A stretch of 64,000 bases of DNA from Aplysia californica (taxonomy: Eukaryota), in the NCBI RefSeq assembly GCF_000002075.1, contig NW_004797352.1, positions 537,117 through 601,116 on the forward strand, read 5' to 3'. The position numbers and the translations under genes were made by a program. Below the pieces are notes generated by a model, which searched no databases, was not told the origin of the DNA, and worked only from the letters and a program-made list of their open reading frames with translations. Positions 24,950 to 39,100 of the stretch are shown in pieces. Positions within the stretch are counted from its first letter, which is position 1. Every line of letters starts with the position of its first letter.

Positions 24950-25377
24950 GTTTGAAATATTCTAATAAATTTGTTAGTGATGCTGGATTTCTTTTCAGAA
25001 AATTCTTTTTAGATTGAATGTTGGTGTTCTAATTAACAAAGCTTAAGAAAAAAATAAATTAGGTAAAGAATACTTCTTTGTTATATTTGGTATGCTTAAA
25101 TGGCTTATTATGTCAGCAACTCTGTGATTGAGAACTGATTTTCTTTTCTACTTTAAAACATTTTCTGCCCTTTCAGATTATCTTCTCTGTAATGTTTCAC
25201 AAAACTTTATGTCAGCTTTTGCTTACAATTTTGCAGAGTGGAGAATTTCAACATTTTACGACTACCGTTGTCCAAATTGAAATACGTGGTGTGTTCATAA
25301 TTATAAGATATTGGCTTGTGGTTCTTTGAAAAGCAGTTTGTCTGGTATAACTGCATAGGTCTTAATAAATACAAGTA

Positions 25378-26023
25378 CAGTGGAAACCTGATATAACAAG
25401 GATGGTAGGACCAGAGAAAAAATTCCTGTTATATCAGATCCCTGTTAAACCAGAAATACTAGGGAAGTAAGCATTTGTGGACTAATCCAGCTGTACTTAT
25501 TCATGGGTAGTTTCCCTTGCCATAAGTACCCACGAACAGGGGTACATGACACCTTATACGTTCGTGTAACTAGGCTTAGGGCTAAATCAAAGTCTGCAGC
25601 ACACCGCAGCCCTCTCTTGCTTCACCTGCTGTGTGTGCTTGCAGTGGTGTGGCTTGCGTGGGCTTNNNNNNNNNNNNNNNNNNNNNNNNNNNNNNNNNNN
25701 NNNNNNNNNNNNNNNNNNNNNNNNNNNNNNNNNNNNNNNNNNNNNNNNNNNNNNNNNNNNNNNNNNNNNNNNNNNNNNNNNNNNNNNNNNNNNNNNNNNN
25801 NNNNNNNNNNNNNNNNNNNNNNNNNNNNNNNNNNNNNNNNNNNNNNNNNNNNNNNNNNNNNACGAGCCTTTGTCTCTGCTATAACCGATTTTGCTTTGAT
25901 GAGGGCGTTATTGCCGATAAGTTTTAATAGAGACAAAGAGTAGGAAAAAAATGGGGATTTAAAAAATCACTGTAATTACCGGATCCCTGTTATTACCGAG
26001 CCTGTTATATATGGTTTCCACTG
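25378..26023 (-). mobile_element. Second, more deleted copy of the Tigger/pogo element
   Basis: Same TIRs, TA duplication, inverted relative to 9120-9999. Confidence 0.88.
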
Positions 26024-28589
26024 TACTTCAAAACTTGGCAGCTGTACCCTTTATATCTTTATTACTTAAATAATGGCTGCTCATTTGCTCACTGCGCATG
26101 TGGTGGACAAAGGGTATTGTTAGTCAATATCGGATGATGACCATCGCATCTGCAGATGAGAAAAATCTTGGAAAGCGAAATAGAAGAAATAAGGATTAAG
26201 GTGACTTGTGGCTTCTGCAATGTCAGAAGAGACTTATTTTGGCAGAGAAGAGTTTGCCACACTTTGAGCTTTTGAGTGCTTCATTTCCACTTGAAGACGA
26301 GTGCAGCTTGTTGTACATCATATTCTGTACCGTATCCTCTTTACTGGCTTTCCATTTTCTAGACCCCCCCTCCCAAAGCAGCAGAGCATCCCAAAAGTTT
26401 TGCTAAATTTTGAAATCATTAAAGTTTTATTACTAACTTCTTATTAAAGTTGTAAAGGTGACAGGTCCATTGAGGAGTTTTTATTTGTAGGTAATGCAGT
26501 ATGATTGTCCCTCAAAATTTACATATATCCTAATTTGCTGCTGCTGTTACATATTTTAATATTGATAGTAATGATCATGACAATAATAGTAAGAAAAAGA
26601 AGAACAGAAGATTTGATAATTAATAAGAAGCAGAAGAAGAAGACCTAATGCAATAGTAATAGTAATAATAATAAGAGGACATATGATTAATAATCAATTA
26701 GAAAAAGCCGAACAAGAACAGCTGCTACTGCTACATGTACTACTACAGTTTCTACTGATTACATTGTGTATGATGAAGGCCCTCCTTCTACTACCGGATA
26801 CTATTTATGATTCAACAACAACTACGTCTGTTTCTATAACTACATTGTACATGATGTACTNNNNNNNNNNNNNNNNNNNNNNNNNNNNNNNNNNNNNNNN
26901 NNNNNNNNNNNNNNNNNNNNNNNNNNNNNNNNNNNNNNNNNNNNNNNNNNNNNNNNNNNNNNNNNNNNNNNNNNNNNNNNNNNNNNNNNNNNGTTATTAC
27001 AACAAGATGTATAGTAAAATGGGGAATTCCACACCTTATTTTTCAAGTGGACTGTGAGACAAAAGTTGTAATTATAGAAGCTACTTTATGTAGAAAGAGG
27101 ACACATCCTCCACAACAGCTTTACTTTGGGTTTGATAAGCTAGAAAATAAAACTTAATTTAAAAAAAACGAATTCTACAATATTACCATCCCCATACTTC
27201 CATTTTTCAACTTAATTAAAAATTTAATATTGCGGGGTAATTCCATACCCACATGAGCACACATACCAAAATGAAAATAAAAAGACAGACATACTACAAA
27301 TTAAAGCTGAATTGAAAAATAAAACATGGCAGACAGGAGCGAAAGATTAAAGCTGAATGTCAAACTGATTTCTGTCGGTTCTAAGGGCTGTAAGTGGGGG
27401 TGTGGAATTATTCCGGGTGTGGAATTCCCCCACCTTCCCAAATCCCATACAGTCATACAGTCAAACTTCGTTGTACTGCCAGCCCCACTTACCACCAGCC
27501 CCGCTTAAAGCCAAGTTTTGCCAATGTACGAAAAGAATGCCTATAAACATAGTATTTATGACTTTACAGTGCCATCTGCTGTCCGAGTTGTACCGTCCTC
27601 GACAAAAATAAATTGGCCGTCAGAGGTACACACTACACACCACGCACGGCACTCACTCGCTGGCTGATTGATCATCTCTTTCTGTGAGGTTGGCCTTTTT
27701 CTTGCATCTGTCGTCAATTTCCTCCTGATTTGCGCCGATTACGAAAATGCTCTTACTTCGTGTATTTTTAGGCTGAATTATCTTTGGCCTGCCTGCCAAA
27801 TATCTGGCGTCTTCACTTACGAGCTTAGTGATCTAAAGGCTGGCGGGCGCCTCGTGTGAGGCTTTCAAATTGTGAGGACTCGTGTTCAAGTGTACATGAT
27901 AGGTCTAAGGCAGTCCGAAGACTTGAGAATCAGGCCAAAAATATAAAAAAAAGTACGTCTATATGACGGTTTCTTGACACATACCGTACAGCCTCAAAAC
28001 TTCTTTCAATTTGAATTTGCGTAAAGTTGAGCTGGAGTTTGAGTTTGAGTTCAACACAAGTAGAGTCAACTGTACTATTATTATTATAATAGTAAGAATA
28101 TGATTATTATTGTTATTAAAGTCCACTCCACTTGTGCTGAACTCAATCGAGTTGGTCTTTGGTTAAGTTGATCTTTTTCTTGGGTCCCAGCACCTCTTCT
28201 TCGACAGGTCACAATGGGTAAGTTGAACTTCAGATGAGTTGAACTCTTTTTTCACTCCCCCGACGACATCAACTAATCTGTCATCGACTGTATTATTCAT
28301 GATTGGAATTTCTGTTACTCCATAGTTAAGTTGCTCAAAAGTTGCGAGATTTAGGAAATGGAAAGCAGAGTAACCATAAAATTAAAGGTATACAAATAGG
28401 AAAAAAAAAAGTATAACCAGAAATGTAATGTGAATAGCACGCCACTGCACTGATAAACTCCAGGCAGGGTGTTTGAGTCTCAAGCAAAAGTACGAGCTCA
28501 GATCCTGAATTCATTTGCAGTCATGGTTGATCAGTTATATTTTCCTCATACTTTTTCAGTACATACTGTGGTCTCAGAACAGAGAGAAT

Positions 28590-29040
28590 ATATGTAAGTG
28601 TAAGGCAGCGTGGTGAAATCAGGCGCTTGTCAAAATGATGAAATCGAAGAAACCAGCATTTTTCAGCTAGTTTTCCAATCTTTATTGAATTTTTGTTTTT
28701 TGACCCATCACCTTTTAGGCTAATTGAAGAACACATTGTGGATTTTACTGACAAACGCTGCTTCGAGGCGTAAATAAATTTTAAACATGTAATTTTCCAG
28801 TTTCAAAGGACTCTCAAGCTTTGGAAGTCACCTAATTTTGGCGGCCATTTTCTCGTCAATTTTACATCTGAAATATGGCAACCCCAACCTCCTTCAATTG
28901 AAAATGTCAGTTTCTATTTAAGACAGATGACTATTTTATAAAATCGAAAGTAAGACAAATGAATAAACTTTAAGATTACATCAATCACTTCATATGTAAA
29001 AAAAATTGAGCGCCTGATTCCACCGCGCCATGACACATAT
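28590..29040. mobile_element. Unclassified MITE with ~30-bp imperfect TIRs
   Basis: GCGTGGTGAAATCAGGCGCT vs AGCGCCTGATTCCACCGCGC; same family as 2060-2368. Confidence 0.65.
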
Positions 29041-31950
29041 ATTAATAACTATTCTTTTCACCCAAGGAAGGAAACAACACTGTACACATTAAAAAGAAAA
29101 GGAGGCCTGACAGGGAAGAATACGTTGTTCTAAGCCAAAAAATGGAATACACGTAAAAGAAAACATTCAAATTTGCCACAGTAGTAGACGAACTTATTCC
29201 AATAGATTTTTATTCTGATTTCAAGGCATTAGACCAAGCATCAATATCAAGTGAGCAAAGGACACAATTTAAAAGCAAAAATGGAAAATTTTATTTCATA
29301 GGTAATCACCTTCACAAGAAAAAGGAGAATCTACATGTACATTTTAAAAATGTATTTTACTCGCTCCAATACAAAGTCAAATGGAGTGACTCATTAAACT
29401 CACTTTTTTATTGCCACAGTGACAATATGTTTCATTTCTAACTCAAATGTAACCAGATTACTTAGAGTTAGAGTAAATAGATCAATAACATTCAAGAGCA
29501 GAATGGATGCAACTCTGTCTCAAGCAGAATAATTAGAAGAGTTTTGATGATTTAAAAGACACTGGCGCTCAAGAGTACATGGGAAGGAAGAAGAAGGTAA
29601 AGCAGAAATAAAAAAAAAGAAGAAGAATGAAGATGAAGAAACAGAAGATAAGAAAATGAAAAAGCAATATGAATACTTTAATATTGATATTTTAAAAGTT
29701 AAAGTAGTATGCAATAATTTGAATAAGACACACACAGCAAGGTTAGCTACCCGTATCTCTTTTCACACCCTTAGTGATACATCGTCATGTCACCGTCTCT
29801 TAGGCCTGGGAACAAACCGTGAAAGCAGAAACAGGCAATCTCACAATACATTGTAGAATTATCAACATTTCCATAGTATTTGTCACTACATGGTAGAACT
29901 GGGTACTCATCAATTTTGGGGTAAATGGAGCCGTTGGTACTTTCTTAAAGCCTGTCTATTTGCCTTACTTTTGATGAAAAAACCCCCCAAACCCATCTGT
30001 CTGGAATAGAAGTCCAGATATTTACGATTGAAGAAAGGGAGGTTGCCTGGAGCATGAGGTAAAGTTAAGGAGAAAATGGAAGCCAAAGTTTGGTGGTTTC
30101 CAAAACTATAGTGTTCTTAGACACTACAAATTCACATTTTTTGTGTGCCTTTGACCAACATTTTGCAGAAAGACCCATGCAGAAATGTGAATGTCGGTTT
30201 CTTCGAGGCCATTATTTTGAGGAGCTCCTGATTTCATTAAGATGCCACACATACAGTAGTCTCAACCTAAGATTCCACCACTTACAATCCTGATTCGCTT
30301 AAGATCCCGGTGTTTTAAGAAAACATAATTTTTACTACACAAAAGTCACCCCTAAGATCCCGCTTTGAAGGTCTACTTTCGGCTTAGATCCTGCATTTTA
30401 GATCAAATTAATTGAACAAAAAACCCAGGCGGGCACAGCTGAACAACCAAAAGTGAAAATCTACGATCATTGAACTGCCCGTTCCATCACCGATCAGCCA
30501 CTCTTGTGAATCTCATCACGTCTCTGTTGTAAATCTCGATGAAACGGTACGTGTGAACTCACCGACGTATTTTTTTTACCCCAAAGATCACATTCACATC
30601 GGGGCTCTCCACCTAAACACCTGGTGGGTAGGGCCTACAAGTTCACTCCAGGCAGGATCACATTGAACTATGAACCCCTCTCTGACCATTGCCTCAGTTA
30701 TCTCTACTCCCGAATTTGTCAGACAGACTAAATTTTTATTGGTGCGGTCACAACACGATGGTGCGTAACGGCAAAAGCGGGGAACTCGGCCAGAGATGGA
30801 AGGCTATACATTTTGGACAGATGAAGGGGAGGAGCAATTGGATAAGTGTAGATCTTGAAACTCACTACAGGATGATAAGTGAAAATAGCATGCCTCATGC
30901 CGCCGATTGGTCATCAAGGCTGACCACTCTATGCTCGCAATAAGTCGTGAGCCCACCCGGGGGTCATACCAGTTCGTTTTAGAGTAAAGGGAGACTATAC
31001 TACGGTACTCAAAACAAGCCAGGGACCACTACAGTTTTCACAATGGTATATTTGACTTTTGAGACAGTGTGACAAACAAATATTGAGAAGTTAGGTGAGT
31101 GAGTTGATGTCATTGTAAGAAAGGCTCATCGTTATTTACAATGATGAACAGATTTGACATTTGTTTAATTTACGCTGCCTAGACATGGTGAAAGGGGGCC
31201 AATTTTCTGTAAAATTGAACCTGTTTTTGACAATCACTTACGTGATTTTCAGTGAGTGCCATGGGTTTAAAAACCAGCTCAAGGGAATTCACGCTTCCTA
31301 CACTAATGCCGGAGTGGGTTTGGCGGTGCTATGGGTATAATTTATTGCGGGCACATTAAGCGATTTTTAAAAAATGTCTCCAAGAAGACGTCTGAGCAAC
31401 ATCGACAGGGGATGAGCCCTGGCCTGGGTCCACGTAGGGATTGCTGTCCGTGAAGTGGCAAGACGGCTTGCTGTGAGTCACTCAGTGATTATCAGACTGA
31501 GAAGCCGGGTTGCTGCAACTGGAACTGCTGTTGAGCGAAGGCGGTCCGGACGGCCACGTTGCACCAAAACGACGAGAGGACCGGACGATCGCCAGAACAG
31601 CCCAGGCAACTCGAACCTGCACCGCCTGTCACATCAGACAGGAGGTGGTACCCCCAGGCAACGTTGGAATCAGCAACCAGACCATTAGAAACCGGCTGCG
31701 TGAGATTGGTCTACGCTTCAGACGACCAGCAGTCCGGGTTCCACCGACACAGGCCCACCGGATTGCCCGCAGAACCTGGTCCGCCCTGCACCTGAGGTGG
31801 ACACGCCCGCAGTGGTCTACTGTGCTCTTCATAGATGAATCCACGTTTATATTGTCCTTCAACGATGGCAGGATCTGTGTTTAGAGGCGTCCTGGTGAGC
31901 GGTTCCACGACGACAGTGTACAGGAGCATGACCGATATGGGGGAGGCTCT

Positions 31951-32552
31951 TTAACCCTACGGGTCCACTGAGACGGGCACGGCTCGATCTTTTGCCAGGA
32001 GGAAAAAAATGGTCGGATCGTTTCCGTCTTGTGTGTCCACCAGTTCGGACAAGACACGTCCAGTCTGTTGGCCTACTGGCAATCTTATCCCACACATTGT
32101 GTTCCAAGGCTGTGTCCTCGGTACAGGGCTATAAATAGTCGAGGTCAATGAATCCAAGGCCGGAATAAGAAATGAATGGGTTTTTAAAAGAAAATTGGTA
32201 AAATTGTTAATATGTATTTAAACCAGGTGGTTTGCGCATAGACTTTGCTCATTTTGAGGCGCTGGTTACGAATATGGCATTAGAATTTTAATCCAAACTC
32301 AAAATTAGAATTTTTTTTTAGCTCCGGCGGGACCTATGGATCATGAGTCACGACCCGGCATGGCTAAAATGGAACAAGCGGCTTTCCAACCGACACGTCT
32401 TTTGTGGGGGCGTGTCGTGTCGTGTCTGTTGACACAGCCAAACGGACTTTTCACTGATTTCTTAGGAAATAATCGGTGCTCCATTTCAACTACCGACTTT
32501 CCCAGAGACGGACGGAATCGGGTCGGTTCGTGTCCATCGCAGTGGACATGGG
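31951..32552. mobile_element. MITE inserted in the Tc1 ORF
   Basis: Imperfect TIRs GTCCACTGAGACGGGCACGG / CGTGTCCATCGCAGTGGAC; interrupts GGGS|LKVWGG. Confidence 0.65.
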
Positions 32553-33010
32553 CCCTTAAGGTGTGGGGTGGGATTGGACTCAACCACCGAACCCCACTGC
32601 ATCGCATTCAAGGCAATCTGACGGGTATCCACTACAGGGACGAGATTCCCCACCCTATTGCAATTACAGCTCTTCGGGCAAAGGGCCAGGGCGCGATACT
32701 CCAGGATGACAACCAGTTGTGGAATGGCTTGCCATTCTTGGTCCAAAATGTTAAAAAGTTCATCCACATTGCTTGAGTGGTGGATGACTTCCTGCAGCAG
32801 CAGCACGTGGTCAGGCTTGACTGGCCAGCCCGATCACCGGACCTTAGTCCCATCAAACACTTGTGGGATGCATTTGGGCGCCGAGTAAGAGACCATCAGC
32901 CACCCCCAAGCAATGTGGGTGAACTCTTCAACATTTTGGACCAAGAATCGCAAGCCATTCCACAACTGGTATTGCGAACACTTATTCAGTCCATGAGACA
33001 AAGATGCAAT

Positions 33011-33416
33011 ACTCCCTGGGGCGGTGCCACTGACTGAAGTGTCTTTAGGCCATTCCCAAAGGGGGAACATTAAAACTTAACCATGTTCTTATGCACAATA
33101 GAATTGTAAATGGGCTGATCGAACAATGTCATGCTCATAACTGTGCCTGAACTACAACAGGGAACTGCTGCTTTTTCTTTCCTAATCCTTTCGTTATTTT
33201 CCTCTACTTCTTTTGTATGTTTGTCACACTCTTGTGACCCGCTATTTCCGGGGTGCCTTGATAGTCGAAGCAGACTTCGTACCGTGATGTTGAAGCTAGA
33301 GAGGAAAGCAGAGTAAGTCTGATTCCCCGTAAGGACTTCTCTGTTGACATCCACCCCTTGGCGCTCATATGCCCTTATGCAGTTGCGAGGGCTGTAAAAC
33401 CTCTACTAAAACTAAA
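33011..33416 (+). mobile_element. Retroposon family C copy with 11-bp TSD, inside the Tc1 C-terminus
   Basis: AAAGATGCAAT at 33000-33010 and 33417-33427; removal restores MRQRCNDCFLANGGHTRF. Confidence 0.88.
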
Positions 33417-34897
33417 AAAGATGCAATGACTGTTTTCTTGCAAATGGTGGCCACACGCGATTTTGGGCCCTAATTGTTTATGACGCTCGTGATGAGAATT
33501 TTAAAAACATGAGTTACCTCCTTCAACATCTGAAATTACCCATTTTCCATTTTAAAATGTGCAAAATGTCGTTTCCAAAAGGTGATATGATTAATAAAGA
33601 CCCCTCTCAAACAATTTTGAACCATGTCATGTTCTTCAGTTTTATGTACTACGTGTGACTTTAAGTGGTCTTTAACTTTTTTTGAGTAGTATATTTCACT
33701 GGTTGTGGGCCTGATCATGGGTCATCTTGGATTCTTCCCCTGGTGCATCGGTTAAGACCCATACGCCATAAGATCCCGCATTTTCCTTGTACCTGAGCAC
33801 CATGATCTTAGGTGGACACCTCTTTACATGCAAAATGACTGCCTGTCTGTCTGCCTGTCTGTCTGCCTTAGTAGGCAACACTACCTCCTCCCATTAAAAA
33901 ACACTGAGTAAGCTATGAGCCTAGACCATCAGGCATAGACTTATCCTTGGTTGTAAAACATTGTTACTGGACACTAGAATAAACACATTATATGACAAAA
34001 AACAAATATCTTTCATTAAGCATAGAGCTAATATATTGTTCTTTAATGAATAATGGAAGTACAATTAAAGTCTGGAGAGGAAAAGGTCTTCTCTGATATG
34101 GTACTATAAAGTTTTTTTTTCTGACATGCAAAATTAAATATCAATCCATAGACACAATTCATACAAAAGATACTGAAAAAAACCCATCTTATAGAAAAAG
34201 AACAAATTATATATGCAGATGATCAAATTTCTTCGCAGGCCTTGCAGAGGCTGAAAGCACACAAGTTGAATATTATAAAAGTGTACAAGGTTCTTGATGG
34301 CTGGGGGAATAGTATTTACAATGTAAAAAATCCGATTCATTCATATTATATGGCCCAAATGGAATCGAAACAGTGTGACAAAGCATGAACATTCAAACAA
34401 TTTTCCATCAACTCAATTCAAGGCATAATGTAGCTGCATTATATTGTACTATTTGGTACACGCTCATCAAGCTTTACACTCCACTTAATTTATAATTCCC
34501 AATCCTTATTCGTGTTCTTAGTAACAACACATTTTTATACAAGCCAACAAACAGTAAGAAATGAGTCATCTCCCCCTTTTTTAAAAACTTTTCATTGACA
34601 CTGCTTTTCACCAAATTTAATAAAATGGAAAAAATTCTCTCATCTCATGAAGTTATTAGGGTTTGGCTGTAACAGATAAAAATGACTAAAATAAAGGCAT
34701 TATCAAATCCAAGTGGACAAACAAAAGAATAATTGTATTTATCAACAAACAATCACCTCTCCGAAAGGTTAGTTCTGCGTAAGAGAAAGTATTCCAGAAA
34801 GAGGGACAAGATGAGGGGAGGCAATATGCATCGTACATCTAGTCATTTCCAGTATCTAGAAGCACGCTATTCTTCTCCAGCTCTAAAGCTGTACAGT

Positions 34898-35353
34898 AGA
34901 ACATGGCTATAGCGGGACTTTTAGTTCCAGAAGAAAAATTCCGCTGTAGACAAGTTCCTGCTATAGGAAGTCAAAGGGGAATTACCGAAAAATCACACAC
35001 TGCACGCTTTCCTCTTCTTTTATTGTCTCTTTGGCCTAGCCTAGGCCTAGGGCTATGGCACATCTCTTTTGGAGTGGCTCACGTCATGGGTCTCTCTGTA
35101 CCATCTCTCTCTGTCGCCTGCCCCACCTCACTCATCACTGGATAGGCCAGTCACAATGCCTCACCACTGACTGCCTGACCACCTACAGCCCCCCACCCCC
35201 ATCCCCCTTCCTCGAGCTAGAGTTTGCTCGGTCTCTCCCGCTGTATCTAAGTTTGGGCCTTTCCTTGCCCCTTCAAACCCACGCACAGTTAATTGAGTTT
35301 ACATAGACAAAAGAAAAGGGGATTCAGGTAAGGTCCCGCTGCAGTCATGCTCT
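34898..35353. mobile_element. MITE with ~24-bp TIRs
   Basis: AGAACATGGCTATAGCGGGACTTT vs AAGGTCCCGCTGCAGTCATGCTCT; no TSD found. Confidence 0.55.
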
Positions 35354-35974
35354 TTTGTACTCAGTCTCAAACTCCTAACCTAAACCTCTTTTCCAACTGT
35401 CACATCAAACACAATAAATCACTTTATAGGCCTACTATAAGTACAGTAACATGTTCTTTTTCCACAACTCGCTATTTGCACGAGAAATCTAACTGACCTT
35501 AATACTATAGTAAAAAAAGGCTATACATAAACAAAATCACAACGTGCAGTTGATAAAAAAACCAAAAAACCAAGGTGTTACTGAGACCTCTGCTTGCCAA
35601 GTGAGCATCAACAGTATAAAAGACATGCAACTGAGGCAAAGGTTATTTGTCATTAGCTCCAAACATAGGAACACTAAACCCATTTTAAAAAAAAGATAAA
35701 AGCATGACCACCACTTAATGAAGCATGTCCTTGGTCACAATGACAACCACACATAATAAATGTACACACACAAAAGAAAAGAATTTTCACAAGTCAAGTC
35801 AAAAATGTTGGAGTGAACAGTACCCTTTCTCCTTACCCACAACAAATCAATATCATAAACAAACAGTTATGTCATAATGTATTACATAGGTCATTTATAG
35901 GAGATTATATTTTATCATTTTACTGGAAGCGAAATGACAGGCCAAGTGTTGGGAATACTGATTAATTGGTATAT

Positions 35975-36281
35975 AATAATAGATAATAATAATAGATAGC
36001 ATTATATATATTATTACCCCAGCAGACCATAGAACACTCAGAAACATTCTCAGCTTCCCGGGAAGCATACAGTGCAAGCAGCTGATTAAGCGCTCAAACA
36101 CTAACAAACCGACAAGTTCTTTCACTGTCTATAGCTGGGTACCCATTCGCACCTGGGTGAAGTCAGGAAAACTCGCGTAAAGTGCCTTTCCCAAGGACAC
36201 AACGTCAGGTCCCTGACAGGATTCGAACCCACGACCTTACGGTTGCGAGTCCGAGAGCCTAACCACTAGGCCACCGATGCC
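35975..36281 (-). mobile_element. SINE family B copy with a deletion in the tail
   Basis: High identity to the reverse complement of 22276-22550. Confidence 0.85.
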
Positions 36282-37664
36282 ACAGATGGTGAGAGTTAAA
36301 CCTTTCAAGATTCCTGAATAACTAAATCCTGGTGGGTAAGTCAACAAGGTGAAGGCTATGGAGGGTGTAATGAGACAATATTTTAATAGGGAGAGATAGC
36401 TATGCTCATGGCCAGCTTTCAGTTTCAGTAGTTTTTATGCACTGTTCTTAAAACTTATTTGATGTTCCCAGTGAAACAATAATAGGATTCATTTCTGTCA
36501 AGTTCCATATACCTATTCAAAGGTCATGACATGTTATTTTATAATAATAAATACAGGGAACACGCTGTAACAAAATATTCTTACCTAATAAAGTTGAAAA
36601 TTTGCAAACAGCCAGATACACTTAACATTTGTGTCGTGTCCCGACAAGACAGATTTTTGCTTTTCATCACAGTTTTTGAATGAGGATAGAACATCCAAAA
36701 TTTTAACGTCCAAAAGCAATACTTTTTGCCCATTATAGATTTTTTTTTCTAAATATTTTATACGTTTTCAAGCCAAAAGCCTCTGGCAGTACATAGGCAT
36801 TTACGTAAACATTATGCTGCAAAAGTTTCATCAGTGTAGAAGACACAGTGTGCTTCACGAAGTAAGCCATGGTGAAAACTCAATTAAGAGAAAAATGCAA
36901 CAAATTTCCCTGCAAAAATTCAGCTTTCCCTATTTATGAAGAGGGTCCTTCACGTTTTGGTTAAGGTTTCCAATGCTACTTTTAGATATGAATGGCATGC
37001 AGATCTATGATTGGCTGAGATCACAGTGGTAGCAACTACAACACATACGATACTTTCACTCTATTGGAGGAGTTATTGCTAAAGCTCAAATTTCAGTTAT
37101 TTTCTGAGTGCTTATGAAAGTAAAAACATACTGCTTACTTTTGGGCAATTTTTCAAGTTTTAGGTATACTTTCATGCAAAACAAACATCGGAAATAGATT
37201 CCTCATACAATTTCTTGTCAGAATTGATCCCAAAAAAATTTCCTGATATTTTATCACCGGACCATTAAATTGTTCTGGTCTCTTTCCCGTGGATTGCCAA
37301 CCTATAGCTTAAACATTTAGCCGAGTTAAACCTCTAAGCTGCAAAGAATATGAAGTAGCACTGCATTCTGATTTTCAAGAACTTATCAATTTCACCATGG
37401 TTACTCTTGACGGAAAGAGGTCTTATCTAGCTTATGGTAATTGAGGAGAGGTCAAATATAGGCCTACTGGTAATATGAATATTTGCTCTGCACAAAAGCT
37501 CCCTGTTGCAGATGGTCAACATTTTGAAACCACAGCAGGTTTTATAGTATGCTACAATATCACAAGAGTGAAGTCAAATCCTACAACTAAACAGTGCTGC
37601 TGGACCTTAAGCTGAAATATGGCATGTTGCTTACATTCAAACCAAAACTCACAATGCAAATCTA

Positions 37665-37921
37665 TCAAAAGTATATTACATATTCTGGATATGTTTGAGA
37701 ATCATGAAATATAATGAACATATTTGGTCCAGTGGCACTATCAAAAGGTCTTGTTCCTGTCCTCAGAGGCAACGCTCTCATACCACTTTGACCTGGAGTT
37801 GATACTCCAACAAGGACTCTTGCCTGGAACATGCGTTTGAGACCATTCCCATCTGCTTGGGAATAGCGACTAGAGTAGGATGAAAGTTCAGAGAAATACA
37901 CACCTTCTCCATACATAGTAG
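37665..37921 (-). CDS. PARP14-like: PARP14/15-like mono-ART, last exon (catalytic C-terminal half)
   Basis: TTTCAG acceptor; ATMYGEGVYF..MFQARVLVG..FDS..MFIIFHDSQTYPEYVIYF then TGA. Confidence 0.93.
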
Positions 37922-39100
37922 CTGAAATAGAGAAGAGAGAAGAGAGAAGACAGTTTACATTCATGTACTACTTGTTAATCTGAACATTCTGTAAATGATT
38001 TTCACTGAAAAATGTTCCCTATCTATACACTTTGTAAACAAATATATATATATAAATATATATGCTGTCATATCACTTGGATTCAGTTTGTCAGTTGAAA
38101 AAAGAGATTTAAAGACATTGAAAAAGGATACTGAAGTCATGGCATTTGAAATACAATATGGAATACAGAAGAGATTACCCAAAAACATTCTGTCTAATAT
38201 CTACAACCTTTGTGCTTTCCCCATTTTCAAAAGTAAAAAGAGTAAAAGATGCACGAAACACCCTTGCCATCACTGATATGTGATTCAAAATGATTAAAAA
38301 CTGTCACTCTCCTTCAAAAAGATATGCAAGTCTAAAGTCTAAACTATGTGAAACACTACATTTCAGCAGAAAAATGGAAATACTTCAAACTTAATCTTCT
38401 CCACACAGGAAGCAAACTCATTTTTTTTTAGTGTAAGCAAAGAAAAGAGCTGAAATAATACACTTCAGATGCTGATTATGACTCACTTTTCAGAGAACTT
38501 AGGAAGAATCAGCACATGGGGTATTGCACGCAACCCGATGCATACCACCATGCCAGTGATATTCCTGTCTCTATCTCAGTGGGTACATACTGTGATGTTC
38601 CAAAAGAAACACCTAAAAGAACAATACTTCGCTCCAGCTGTCTTTTCTCTTTAACAAATTTTAATTTAAAATATATCACACTAAAAATATACTCAGGCCA
38701 TAAACTTGAAAAATCGAAGACAGTATATGATGTAATCTGATACAGCCTGAGAATCTGCTTTGTGCTGGCAGTTACATTTTCTAAAGTACCGTCAATTTAT
38801 TATTTCCTCTATTGCGTCGCTGAAAAGTTAGCTCATGTAAAGATATTATAATATACGAGTGACAAAACTTTTTCTGGAAGAAAAGGGCTGGTGTGATAAG
38901 GTATCAGAATTGTAGTACATGAAAGGACTTGAAATTAATTCAAGAACATTTAGATCATGTTTGCACTTCAGTGATTTATTCAGCAGAGATGCATTAAAAA
39001 ATTATTTTTCTTAACCCCCCCCCCCCCCCAAATAAAAAACAAAAAACCCCACCCAATGTGACCCCTCACGCACTCCCTTTCTTTTCATAAAACACATTAC

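Larger units (their letters stand above)
30998..33691 (+). mobile_element. Dead Tc1 transposon with two nested insertions
   Basis: Transposase from ATG at 31374: RSGRPR, VLFIDES, VWGGI, LQDDN, WPARSPDLSPIKHLW (catalytic E changed to K), NGGHTRF; imperfect TIRs TACTCAAAA..GACCACT. Confidence 0.88.

Noticed and set aside
27021-27430. 15-bp inverted repeat GGGGAATTCCACACC as a MITE or NF-kB sites
   Set aside because: No TSD and no second copy; cannot classify.
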